From an uncultured virus (IMG/VR IMGVR_UViG_3300033075_000390) (lineage: Duplodnaviria; Heunggongvirae; Uroviricota; Caudoviricetes): a stretch of DNA of 64,000 nt. The stretch is from the IMG/VR virus record IMGVR_UViG_3300033075_000390; one strand, 5' to 3'. Both the position numbers and the translations under genes were made by a program. The notes under the pieces are model-generated. The model saw nothing but the letters and a program-made list of their open reading frames with translations. It did not search any database and had not been told where the DNA came from. Shown piece by piece: positions 31,423 to 42,004 of this stretch (positions are counted from its first letter, which is position 1; each line of letters opens with the position of its first letter).

Positions 31423-32367
31423 GTGAATATGAGTCGAGATTTTAGTCGTTACGACTTCACCAAGTTTGACCCAACACAGAAATATAACTTATATATCGAC
31501 TGTGACACAATCGCCTACGCATGTGCAGCAGCTTGTTCCAAAGACCCTTGTGTGGTTACACACAAAGCAAGTGGTAGAAAGAAAGAGTTTGAAAACTTCA
31601 ATTCTTTCGATGATTTCTTATTAAATGACCCAAAAGGTAAGAACTTTGAAGTGAACGACTTCATCGTACCTACGATTGGTTTTGCTTTATCTAATGTGAA
31701 AAGTAAGGTTGACTCTATCATCGGTTTTGATTGGGTGAATGATTACAGATTGTATATTCAAGGTAAAGGCAACTTCCGATACGATGTTTACCCTGAATAC
31801 AAGTCTAATCGTGGAGCTAAACCAGCTTTACACAAACACTGCTTTAACTATATGTTGAATAAGTATAAAGGTAACATCGAAGTTGTTCATGGTTATGAAA
31901 GTGAAGACTTTGTAATTGCTGATGCTGCTTTAGACCCATTATCAGTTCGAGCATATATTGATAAGGATTTAGAAAATCACAAAGGGTTATTTCTAAACTA
32001 CAATAACCTTGATCTTGGTGTATTCTACATTGACCCTTTACAAGCTTTCTACAATCTCAGTATTCAACTTCTAGTTGGTGATAGCACAGATGCGATACGT
32101 GGAATTGATTTTGTCTCTACAGAGCTTAGAGATGCCTTTAACTTAAAGGTTAAGTCTGTTGGTAAGAAGACAGCAGAAAAACTTTTAGAAGATGTGAAAC
32201 ACTCTAAAATTGAGATGAAGAAACGTGTTATTGAAGTGTATAAATTAACTTATGGTGAAGCTTGGAAAGATGCTCTAACACTCACAGGTAAGTTGATCTA
32301 TATTACTAAAGAACGTGGTAAGGTGTTTGATTTGGATTTATTTATGAAAGGAATTATCAATGATTGA
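31423..32367 (+). CDS. 5'-3' exonuclease / flap endonuclease (T7 gp6-like)
   Basis: IDCD.IAY, GNFRY...YKSNR..KP, ESED, IDKDL, GDSTD.I.G, GKKTAEKLL. Confidence 0.88.
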   Translation: MNMSRDFSRYDFTKFDPTQKYNLYIDCDTIAYACAAACSKDPCVVTHKASGRKKEFENFNSFDDFLLNDPKGKNFEVNDFIVPTIGFALSNVKSKVDSIIGFDWVNDYRLYIQGKGNFRYDVYPEYKSNRGAKPALHKHCFNYMLNKYKGNIEVVHGYESEDFVIADAALDPLSVRAYIDKDLENHKGLFLNYNNLDLGVFYIDPLQAFYNLSIQLLVGDSTDAIRGIDFVSTELRDAFNLKVKSVGKKTAEKLLEDVKHSKIEMKKRVIEVYKLTYGEAWKDALTLTGKLIYITKERGKVFDLDLFMKGIIND

Positions 32368-32866
32368 AAACGATGTAGAACATCTATACACAACAAAAGA
32401 CGTAGCTAGAGTACGAGATAAGCTCAAGCAAGAACAGAACAATCTCGACCCCATAACTGGTTTAGAAATACCTGACAAACAATCTGTACTTGATCACTGT
32501 CACGACAGTCAATTTGTACGTGCTGTACTGCACAGACAAACTAATGCTGTATTAGGTAAGATAGAGAACCTTGAAATGAGGTTCTTGTCTTGGTGGTATG
32601 ATGGTACACTTTCAGACTTCCTCAGAGGTTGTGCTGATTACCTTGATAAGGAACACGAGCAAAAGTACCTACATCCCGCATTCATTAAGAAACTTCAAGT
32701 TCAATTCAACAAATTAAATGAAAAACAGAAACAGAATGTTTTATCTTATTTTGGTGAAGAAAAAGGTTGTAATGCTACACAAAGGAAGCTATACTTTAAA
32801 AAGTTTGTATTAAAGCGAACACACACTATGCAAGAAATACTTGACGTCATCGAAAGGAGTGTATAA
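32360..32866 (+). CDS. recombination endonuclease VII-like protein
   Basis: Q...DPITG....VLDHCH....VRAVLH...N..LGK. Confidence 0.85.
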   Translation: MIENDVEHLYTTKDVARVRDKLKQEQNNLDPITGLEIPDKQSVLDHCHDSQFVRAVLHRQTNAVLGKIENLEMRFLSWWYDGTLSDFLRGCADYLDKEHEQKYLHPAFIKKLQVQFNKLNEKQKQNVLSYFGEEKGCNATQRKLYFKKFVLKRTHTMQEILDVIERSV

Positions 32867-32867
32867 C

Positions 32868-33653
32868 TTGAACGGTTTTAAACAAATAAATAAAGATTTG
32901 TACGAAGGTTTAACATTTGATACAAAATTTAATGGTAAACTAGAGATTGTGGAGTACATTAGTAATAAAAATGTTGTGGTGAAGTTTGTTGATACAGGTT
33001 ACGTGACACAAACAACCTTATCAGAAATACAGAGAGGTTCGGTTAAAGATAGGTTAAGGGCTTCTGTGTTTGGCGTAGGAGTTGTAGGGGACGCACCAAC
33101 CCGTATAGATGGTAAAGAGTTAAGGGAATACGTATTGTGGTCAGGAGTTGTTGAACGATGTTATTGTGGTAAGGCACAAGGAAGAAACGCCAAATCTTAT
33201 GAAGATTGTAGTATGTCTGAAAACTTTAGATATTACCATTACTTCAAAGATTGGTGTAATAATCAGATAGGTTTTGATCAAGCTGGGTGGGAACTAGATA
33301 AAGATATTCTCGTTAAAGGGAATAGGATTTACTCTGAAGATGTTTGTGTCTTTGTTCCTCATGCAATCAACAGCCTATTGTTGACAAACGAATCTAAAAG
33401 AGGGGAATATCCAATCGGAGTGACTTTCGATAAAAGGAACTCAAAGTTTAGGGTTTGTATTAACAAATACGGTAAACATTCGCATGTCGGGCACTACAGA
33501 ACAATACGTGAAGCTTCCCTAGCTTACAAAGACGCTAAGGAGAGGTATGTTAAAGAGGTGGCTACAAGATACCGAGACCAAATCGACCCTAGAGTATACG
33601 AGGCTCTCATGGTTTGGGAAGTTGAAGAAAAGCTATTGTTGCCTATAAATTAA
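32868..33653 (+). mobile_element. free-standing HNH-like/AP2 endonuclease, family copy 5
   Basis: WELDKDILVKGN..YSE..C.FVP..IN; probable TTG start after AAGGAG; C-terminus altered (EEKLLLPIN instead of EITD). Confidence 0.8.
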
Positions 33654-33674
33654 GTTTATTAAAGGAGAAAGAGA

Positions 33675-33887
33675 ATGAAGTTTAAAGTTGGTGACAAGGT
33701 TAAAGTTATCCATTTTATTGAGACTGTGTTGGACGCATCTGTTAAGACTATCGGAGATGTTGGTGAAGTAAATGCAATTGATTTAGATCAAGGTGATTAT
33801 CTATATCATGTGACGTTTCAAAATGATCCTGAAGGTTGGAACTATAAAGAAAGTCAACTAGAAATTGTTAAAGGAGAAGAAGGTTGA
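33675..33887 (+). CDS. small SH3/KOW-like protein
   Basis: MKFKVGDKVKV start; AAGGAG RBS. Confidence 0.65.
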   Translation: MKFKVGDKVKVIHFIETVLDASVKTIGDVGEVNAIDLDQGDYLYHVTFQNDPEGWNYKESQLEIVKGEEG

Positions 33888-34897
33888 GTAAGATAACAGA
33901 AACCGACTACCAAGAGTATTCAAAACTAATTGAAGAAGGTCATTCACAACGATCAGCTTGTTTGATATTAGGTTTGAATAGGTCAACAATTCAACGATAT
34001 ATTAAAGGTGTTTTAGAGGATGAAACTAATGATGTTGTTGAACAGTATTTAGAACTACCAAATAAAGATGATGACACTTTTGAAAACAACCAACCTAAGA
34101 TTTGTTACTTAGATATTGAGAAATCTTTTAATATCTCAGGGCACTTCGGAGCTTGGTCTCAGAATTTACGACAAGAAGCGAAGTTTCGTGAATCTCATAT
34201 CCTTTCATACTGTTATGCTTTTAATGATGATGAAGATATTAAGGGAAGTATTATACCTGCTAAAGAGTTGAAAGATGATTTCGTAAAGTGTTTGGTGGAA
34301 GGTAAGGTACACACAACAGTTGATGAACTTCTTGTTCTTGAGTTATGGGCTTTGTTCAACAATAGTGACGTTATTGTTGCATACAACGGGAGAGGTTTTG
34401 ATGTTAAAGAAATTCAGGCAAGATTCTTAATGTATGGATTACCTCCAACATCTCCTGTTAAGGTTATTGACCCCCTATTGATAGTAAAAGATAAATTCCG
34501 ACTACCTTTTAAATCTTTGAAATATGTTGCTGAGTTTCTAGGTGTTACACAGAAGTTAGAAAACAGTGGTAACGACTTATGGAAGAAAGCTACTATGGGT
34601 GATGAAGAAGCTTTACAGGAGATGTTAGACTACAACAAAGGTGATATTGTTACCTTACGAGAAGTATATAAGAAACTTCAAGGATGGGGTAACTCAGGTA
34701 CTAACCTAGCTTTATACAATACCAACCATGATGCCTTGTGTACCAATTGTGGTAGTGATGATATTTCAAGTATCGAAGGTAAATACACATACACAGCACA
34801 GCGTAAATACTCGTTATATCGTTGCAACTCATGTAAGGCTGTGTTACGCTCTAACCGTAAAGAAGGTAACGGTAATTCATTAGTACGTGTTGTCTAA
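33884..34897 (+). CDS. HTH + DnaQ/RNase H-like exonuclease + Zn ribbon
   Basis: N-terminal HTH (SQRSA...LGLNRSTIQR), LDIE, AYNG.GFD, YN.GD, CTNCGS...CNSC. Confidence 0.82.
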   Translation: MSKITETDYQEYSKLIEEGHSQRSACLILGLNRSTIQRYIKGVLEDETNDVVEQYLELPNKDDDTFENNQPKICYLDIEKSFNISGHFGAWSQNLRQEAKFRESHILSYCYAFNDDEDIKGSIIPAKELKDDFVKCLVEGKVHTTVDELLVLELWALFNNSDVIVAYNGRGFDVKEIQARFLMYGLPPTSPVKVIDPLLIVKDKFRLPFKSLKYVAEFLGVTQKLENSGNDLWKKATMGDEEALQEMLDYNKGDIVTLREVYKKLQGWGNSGTNLALYNTNHDALCTNCGSDDISSIEGKYTYTAQRKYSLYRCNSCKAVLRSNRKEGNGNSLVRVV

Positions 34898-35031
34898 ACA
34901 TTAAGCAAAGAGTAAATCAATAGACACAAAGAGTTGTTATTCGTAGTTAGAAGTTGTATAATATTCTTCTAAGCTGTTATTTTGGTATTACGAGTAACAA
35001 CTTTCTGTTAAATATTTCGAGGAGAGGTTGA

Positions 35032-35529
35032 ATGAAAGCTTTAAAAGTAAATAAGTTTAAAGTTGGTGATGAAGTTAAGATTGTAAAGTTAGATAAAACA
35101 ATAAAGCACTTCGGTGGAGAGTGGGTACTGTCTCCTGTAGGTACAAAAACTTTTGTCACTTATGTTAACGTAACAGGAGAGGAGGTTGAGATTGACAAGG
35201 ATGTTTACTCATACCACGCTGACGATCTTACCATAGTTAAAAACGAAGTGTTAGAAACACAAGCATACAACCCTTTAGTTGCTCAAGAAGGTGGTGGTCA
35301 TTACAAGAATCGTGGTATCCAACCTTTAGAATATACGATGAAGAATAACCTCTCTTTTTGTGAAGGTAATGTTGTAAAGTATATCTCTCGTTATAAGAGT
35401 AAGAATGGTATTGAAGATTTAGCTAAAGTAATTCATTACGCTCTTTTAGCATCTTATGAAGAGTACGGTGAACAAGGAAGTACAGAATTGAAAGAGAAAG
35501 TATTGAAACTATTAGGAGAACATGGATGA
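35032..35529 (+). CDS. DUF3310-domain protein with N-terminal SH3-like module
   Basis: GGHYK...IQP......F..GNVVKY..R...KNG.EDL.K..HY. Confidence 0.8.
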   Translation: MKALKVNKFKVGDEVKIVKLDKTIKHFGGEWVLSPVGTKTFVTYVNVTGEEVEIDKDVYSYHADDLTIVKNEVLETQAYNPLVAQEGGGHYKNRGIQPLEYTMKNNLSFCEGNVVKYISRYKSKNGIEDLAKVIHYALLASYEEYGEQGSTELKEKVLKLLGEHG

Positions 35530-36119
35530 AAGTAAGCGTAACATATACATTGAATGAGTTACAACGAATTACACCAAACTTACGAAAAGATCATTTCTTT
35601 TCAGAATGTCCTAAAGTTACGAAAGCTTTACGTGATTTGTTTTGGAATCTTGGTTGTGAGTTACCTAGCAAACCTGATATAGTTGAGGGTGTTGTAACCA
35701 AGAATAGGTTCGGTTGCATTGATGACAGTATTCGTATTAATTGTTGGGAAAGACAAGATGAATTATGGATTAAGACAAGATTTGCTAGTCATCAAGTACG
35801 GTGTTTAACAGATGATGTTAGTATGATGCGTGAAATGGATAGTATTACAAATCATCGTTCATTTGACGTTTGTAATGGGATAGAGTTAGTTTAGTAGATT
35901 ACTATGAGTAGTAAATACTTGTTGATAATGTGTTACGAGTGTGAAATTAGTGTCAGTGTACACAACTCTTATCACGAAATAGAAGATGAATTAGAAAGAT
36001 TTTCTTTTAACAAAGAAGAAATTGATAAGATTTTAATTGGTGATACGTACAATGATTGGGACGATCATGGTCAAGTTAAAGTACAACGTATTGATGTTTA
36101 ATGTTTAGAGGAAAGATAA

Positions 36120-37374
36120 GTGATTAAAGAAGTAATCAAAGCAGACGGAAGTATTGAGAAGTTTGATTTAGATAAGCTGTCTAAGTGGGCGAAGTACGCT
36201 GCTAAGGTTGGAGGAGATTGGAGTGAGTTAGCTATTGAGACTTTCACTAAACTCCCTGAGTTGTGCCACAGTAAAGATATTCACCAAGCAATGATTGATG
36301 TTTGCTACAGTAAGCAGGATTTAGTTTATAGTCGTGTAGCGTCTCGTTTAGAGACAGCTCAATTACGAAAGAATATTGAACGTCAATTACATATCAAAGT
36401 AACTAAAGCATCATTTAAAGAGATTCGAGATGTTCTTATTGAGAAAGGTGTTTGGTGTAAAGACACCATCCCTGAATATTCAGAGAAACAAGAAGGATTG
36501 TTTGAGGAGTTAAAACAAGTTGATTTAGAATCTTGGCAAGTAAGTCAATGGGTAGATAAGTACCTTTTAAAGATGAACGATGTAACAGTTGAAACTCCAG
36601 TAATCGCAGCTATAGGTATTGGTTTAGGGTTACACGGAGATACTCAAGATGCTTATGACTTAGCTCGTGATATTATCTATTCTCGTACTAATCTACCTAC
36701 ACCTGTTTTGAACGGTATCCGTAACGGAGACTTTAATGGTGTTTCTTGTTGTGTTATTAGTGCAGGAGACAGTGTAGAGAGTATTGAAGTTGCACAGCAT
36801 TTAGCTGTTCGTATGACGGCTAAGAAAGCAGGGATTGGTGTTGAATTTACAACACGTTCTAAAGGTAGTGATGTTAAAGGTGGTCGGATTAAGCACTTAG
36901 GTAAACATCCTATCTACAAACATACCGATTCAGGAGTAAAGCAATTCACGCAAGAGACTCGTGGTGGTAGTGCTACAGTAGGTTTTACTTGTATTGACCC
37001 TGAAGTTTACAATATCGCTTTATGGAAGTCACAGCGAATTGACATCGAGCAACGCTTAGACCGCTTAGATTATAGCTTCATTTTCAATGATGCTTTCTTA
37101 GATGCTGTTATTAATCGTAAAGATTGGTATTTGTTTGATTATAATGATGCTAAACATTTGTACAAAGCTTTCTATGTGTCTGATGCAGAGACATACACCA
37201 AAACTGTTAGTCAGTTAGTTGCTGATGGTGTTAAGCATACGAAAGTACAAGCTTTGGATTTGATTAAACACATTCTTATGATTCGACAAGAAACAGGACG
37301 CATGTACTTCTTTAACGTAAGTCGTGCTAATACGCATACACCGTTTTTAGATGTAATCAAACTCTCTAATCTGT
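36120..37374 (+). CDS. nrdA: ribonucleotide reductase large subunit, exon 1
   Basis: ATP-cone start (VIKADGS.E.FD), PTP, SCC, AGIG, RGGS; ends ...KLSNL + T of the Cys codon. Confidence 0.92.
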
Positions 37375-37626
37375 AAACTGATGCAGCTTTAAATAGAAAT
37401 ATTTATCGAATAACTATGTGAACTCGGTGAAAGCTAAGTTGTTGTGGTAACAATATGCTAATACCGAACCAAGCTCGAAAGAGAAGGTGTAGAGACTATC
37501 CTGTAAAGGAGTAGGGGTTAAGTAACCTCGAAGCGCATAGAACCTTAACGAGTAATGTTGAAGGTTGTGATATAGTCCGACACTCATTGAAAGATGAGGT
37601 GGTGTAACGAACCACATAACAGAAAG
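37375..37626 (+). mobile_element. group I intron (ORF-less, 252 nt, probably IA-type)
   Basis: 5' exon ends in U and pairs with GCAG (P1 U.G); intron ends in G; P7 GACTA(37494)/TAGTC(37573); P3 CTATGTG/CGCATAG; removal restores SNLCQEI in frame. Confidence 0.92.
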
Positions 37627-38567
37627 GTCAAGAGATTTGTTTACCAACAAAACCGTATGAAAGTATGGAAGATTTATACTTAGATAATGGGTGTGAATCA
37701 GAAACAGCTTTCTGTTCACTTGGGGCGATTGTTCCTGTGAATATTAAAGATGATGTAGAGTACAAACGAGTTGCTTATACTTTAGTTAAAACTATTAACA
37801 AACTTATTGTTAAGTGCCCAAAGATGACTAAGAACCACGAACGTACAATGTTAGAACGTATGTCTTTAGGTGTAGGTATTACAGGCTTAGCTGAGTACCT
37901 TTACAAACAAGATTATGATTATGATGGTAGTGAATCTAGTTTAGAGTTCGTATCCGACTTAGCTGAAAAGCATTGTTTTTATCTGTATAAAGCAAGTCAA
38001 AAGCTTTCAGAAGAAACAGGTGTTGAGGTTAAAGGTGTCAATTTAAATTGGCTACCTGTTGATACTAAACTTGGTAAGTTTACACCTAAAATGGATTGGG
38101 AAAGTATTCGTGGTAAACCTCGTGTAAACTCTGTTCTAATTGCTCACATGCCTACTGAAAGTAGTGCTGTAGCTTCTGGTGTTACTAACGGTCTTTACCC
38201 TCCACGTAAGGTTGTTATCAACAAGAAGTCACGTAAAGGTGTTGTTCAATTCATCTGTAAAGGGTTTGAAGAAGGTAAGAATCTTTATGCTTGGGATGTA
38301 GACAACGTAGTGTTAAGTCGTTATTATAGCGCAGTACAAGATTGGTGTGATCAAGGTATTAGTGCAGATACTTACTTTGATCCTCGTAAGTTTGTGAATG
38401 GTAAGAAGCCTTTATCTTTATTACTTAAAGAATGGGTAGCTCACTTTAAACTTGGGAACAAGAGTATGTATTATGTAAACACATATGATGATGATGAGGT
38501 TAGTATCTTTGATTTAATTCAAACTGCTGAGGTACAAGAAGAAGATTGCGAGTCTTGTAAGTTATAA
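37627..38567 (+). CDS. nrdA: ribonucleotide reductase large subunit, exon 2
   Basis: (C)QEICLPT, AFCSLGA, LGVGITGLA, AHMPTESS, DQGISAD, MYY, C-terminal CESCKL. Confidence 0.92.
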
Positions 38568-38575
38568 TGTAACAC

Positions 38576-38600
38576 AGCACCTCTTTATGGGGGTGCTTTT
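38576..38600 (+). terminator. intrinsic terminator-like hairpin between nrdA and nrdB
   Basis: AGCACCTC-TTTAT-GGGGTGCT followed by T run. Confidence 0.55.
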
Positions 38601-38614
38601 AATTAGGAAAGGAA

Positions 38615-39697
38615 ATGACACGTACAGTATTTAATGAATCGAACACAGGACATATTACTAAGACATACCCTATGTTCTTTGGTGATAGTCTTGGTTTAGT
38701 TGACACAGTGAATGTAGTCAATAAAGAAGTTGAAATGTTAAAGGAGAAGCAACGAGGAGGTCGTTGGTATCCTACGGAGATTAGTTTATCTCAAGATAAA
38801 CAAGATATGGATAACGCTCCTAAAGAGATTGTAGATATTATGAATCTTGCTATCTCTTGGCAACATACAACAGATAGTGTAGCTGGACGTTCTATTGGTG
38901 CTATGCTGTTACCTCACGTAACAAACAGTGAAGCAGAGGGAATGATTGGTGAGTGGTCTTGTATTGAGTTTATTCACGGAGAAGCATACGTTCATATTGT
39001 AAAACAAACTCGAATGAACCCCGATCAAGCTTTAATCGACACATATAAGAATATTCGAGTTCTATCTCGTAGTAAGAAGATTATTGAAGTATTTAATTCT
39101 TTGTATAATCTCAACCACGACTTACCTCTACGAGAGAAAAAGAAGATTATGGCGAAAGCTTTAATCACCATTATGGCAATGGAATGTATTAGCTTTATGT
39201 CATCCTTTGGTGTTACATTTGCTATCGCTGAATTAGGTTACTTTCAAGGTATCTCTGAGACAGTATCTACAATTGCACGAGATGAGTTGTATCATGGACG
39301 TATGAGTTATGAGTTAATCAAAGCAACTCGTTATGTAGATGGATGGTCTGATATTTATGAAGAAGTGCTAGATGAATGTTCTGAGATTATTCATTCAATC
39401 ACTAAAGGAGAGCAAAGTTGGAACAGATACCTTTTATCAGAAGGACGTAGCTTACCTAATTTAACGGAAGAAAACTTAAACCAATTAAATTTATACTTCC
39501 ATAACTTTGTTTGTAATTTGGTTGGAATTAAGAACGAACTAGAAGTAGTGACAGAACATCCTTGTAAGTTCATGGACAAGTATATTGACCGTTCACTACT
39601 ACAATTTGCGTCACAAGAGATTCAACATACCAGTTATCGTCAAGGTAGTGTTGTAGATGATTTATCAGACGATTTAGATTTAGATTTTGAGGTGTAA
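38615..39697 (+). CDS. nrdB: ribonucleotide reductase small subunit (class Ia beta)
   Basis: W.P.EI.L..D, DS, EFIH..AY (radical Tyr), ECISF..SF, RDE..H. Confidence 0.92.
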   Translation: MTRTVFNESNTGHITKTYPMFFGDSLGLVDTVNVVNKEVEMLKEKQRGGRWYPTEISLSQDKQDMDNAPKEIVDIMNLAISWQHTTDSVAGRSIGAMLLPHVTNSEAEGMIGEWSCIEFIHGEAYVHIVKQTRMNPDQALIDTYKNIRVLSRSKKIIEVFNSLYNLNHDLPLREKKKIMAKALITIMAMECISFMSSFGVTFAIAELGYFQGISETVSTIARDELYHGRMSYELIKATRYVDGWSDIYEEVLDECSEIIHSITKGEQSWNRYLLSEGRSLPNLTEENLNQLNLYFHNFVCNLVGIKNELEVVTEHPCKFMDKYIDRSLLQFASQEIQHTSYRQGSVVDDLSDDLDLDFEV

Positions 39698-39698
39698 A

Positions 39699-39956
39699 GT
39701 GCTAGTTATTTATTCTAAAGACAATTGCCAACAATGTGATTCAGCTAAGTTGTTGTGCCAAATGAAGGGTGTTGAGTATGCTGTAAAAACACTTAATATT
39801 GATTATACAAGAGAACAATTAAAGCACGTATGTCCCAAAGCTCGTTCTTTCCCAATAATCGCAGTCAAGGTTAAATATGATGGTGTTGAGATGGAAGAGT
39901 ATATAGGCGGACTAACCGAGTTAAAAGAAATACTCGCTACTAAATATAGTAAATAA
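39699..39956 (+). CDS. glutaredoxin
   Basis: YSKDNCQQC, RSFP, YIGG; directly after nrdB. Confidence 0.88.
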   Translation: MLVIYSKDNCQQCDSAKLLCQMKGVEYAVKTLNIDYTREQLKHVCPKARSFPIIAVKVKYDGVEMEEYIGGLTELKEILATKYSK

Positions 39957-40099
39957 CAAACATAAGAGAGTGACTTAGGTTGCTCTCTTTTTATTGATCT
40001 AAATATTATGTTATTTGGTTGACAAGAGAATGCTATGTGAAGTATTCTCTCTATATCGAAATAACTATGCAACGTGCATAAACCACTAGGAGAAGTAGT

Positions 40100-41662
40100 A
40101 TGAAAACATTTAAACTATTAGATTATACAGCTCAGGTGTTCTACAACAAAGACCAACATTACCCTTTCTGCTTGCACCTATACGATAATTGTAGCGGTAA
40201 GCAATTGCACGTAGGTTATTATGTGTCGGTAGAGCAATTATGTTATATGACTCATTTAGAGATGCTAGATTGGCAATATCACGCTCTTAACCCTGTAAAG
40301 ACTTTATTTGCTATAGAGGAGATGAAGGAGAGTCTGTATTTGTTGATGCATGTAATGGGAGAGGAAGATGGACAACAAACTAATCAAAGTATTAACTAAG
40401 AACTCAGTTAAATGCTTAGTGTGCAACACAATCTTAGAATCTAAACATAGGCATGATTTTGTTATGTGCCCATGTCCTAACCAAACCTCTACAGATGGGG
40501 GTTTATCATACAATAGGGTAAGTGGTAAGGATTTAAGTTTAATTGATAACCTGTGTGAGTATAGAACACTTACACAAGAAGAGTACGATAAAGAACAGGC
40601 AGAGATTAAGGCTATACAATTAGCTAAAAACGAACAAGGTGTTAAAGATGGTTTGTTAGTTAAGATTGGTAACGACTATTACAGTAAGGAAATTATAGCT
40701 CTGCTGTATGATAAAGGTTTGTCCAATCTATAAATTTAGATTAAGGAGGTAGATATGTTTACACCAACCGAAACACATGAGTTATTAAAACTACATGAGA
40801 AGTTAGATAATTTAACAAAAGCACTACACAACTTGAATTTAAAAGCTGAAGTGTTTGTAGTAGATTTAGATGCACATAAAACACAAGTTGATGAGATCAA
40901 ATCTGATATATTAAACACATTAGATAAGATTGATCAAATCTATACTGTTAGTGTTGAGTGACAGTGTGTTCAAAACACACAAGGGTAAGTTAACAAGAGC
41001 ATATACATCTACGCATATTATGAGGAGGTAAGTATGGCAGTATTATTTGAATACTTAATGAATTGGTTTATCTTGGTACTAAGTAAGTTCTTTAATAAAC
41101 CACCATAACGTAGCACTGTAACACAATACCATAACACAACATAAGAGGATGCTTTATAGTGTCCTCTTTTTATTTATCTAATGAAATGTACTAAAATATT
41201 TTAACAAGGGTGTTGAAACAAGTTAAATAATTGTTGACACAACATAATCAAACAACTAAGATGAATACACAAACAGCAATAGTGCTGTACAAAGGAGTAT
41301 TTAAGATGAATGATGATCAAGAAATCTTAGAGTATTTAAAAGGTGTTTTAAGCGTAGAGCAAGAGCTTATGCTAGAAGATAATACGGTTGTATTCTTTAC
41401 TACAGACGATGGTTGTTACATTTTAGATAAAGACTATAGTATTTGTGGTAATATATGGAACAACTTATCGTTTGGGCATGAAATAGATAAACAACATTTT
41501 AAATCTTGGAAGTCTTATTCTGGTGATAAAGATTACCCTGTATTAGGTCAAGGTGTTTATAATGAAACATCTAACTTTTGGATTGGTGAACAACTAGAAT
41601 TAAGATTAGATTTAGTTAAGCACTTAGTTAATTGTTATGAGAAAGAATTAGGAGGTCACTAA
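40100..41662 (+). CDS. four small hypothetical proteins (40100-40399; Cys-rich 40368-40733; 40755-40961; about 41306-41662)
   Basis: RBSs; TTGACA promoters at about 40019 and about 41234; CLVC...HDF..CPC...DGG zinc motif in 40368-40733. Confidence 0.65.
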
Positions 41663-42004
41663 TGATGTCACTAATGTTGAAGTATAACGAGATTAAGTAA
41701 CACAATAGAGGTATTATCTGTTTAGGTAGTACCTCTTTTTATTTACTTAAACACAAACAGTTTTTACAATCTTTTCATTTTAGTTATATATACTTATACA
41801 TACTATTTATATAAACGGTGTTTGTTGTTCGGAAGTGTACCATCCGAAACAATGAATTATAGTTAAGTAAAACAAATACTTACAAGACTCTCTCTAAGGA
41901 TAAGGAAGAAGTAAAAAGAATAAATACTTAGACATTATAAGTATTAGACATATTGAATAGATGGGTGTATCATTAAGATAAGTAATTAATAAAGAGGTTT
42001 AAAA

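Noticed and set aside
37414..37719. 101-aa minus-strand ORF over the nrdA gap as an intron-encoded protein
   Set aside because: Antisense to the intron core, no nuclease motif, no RBS
36120..38567. nrdA as a naturally split gene, intein host or pseudogene
   Set aside because: The interruption has group I RNA structure and precise removal restores the active-site motif
127..39956. Nucleotide metabolism genes as a modified-base (hypermodification or Z-DNA) pathway
   Set aside because: dCMP deaminase, ThyX, dUTPase and NrdAB make ordinary dNTPs; no PurZ, queuosine-pathway, hydroxymethylase or glycosyltransferase gene was recognised
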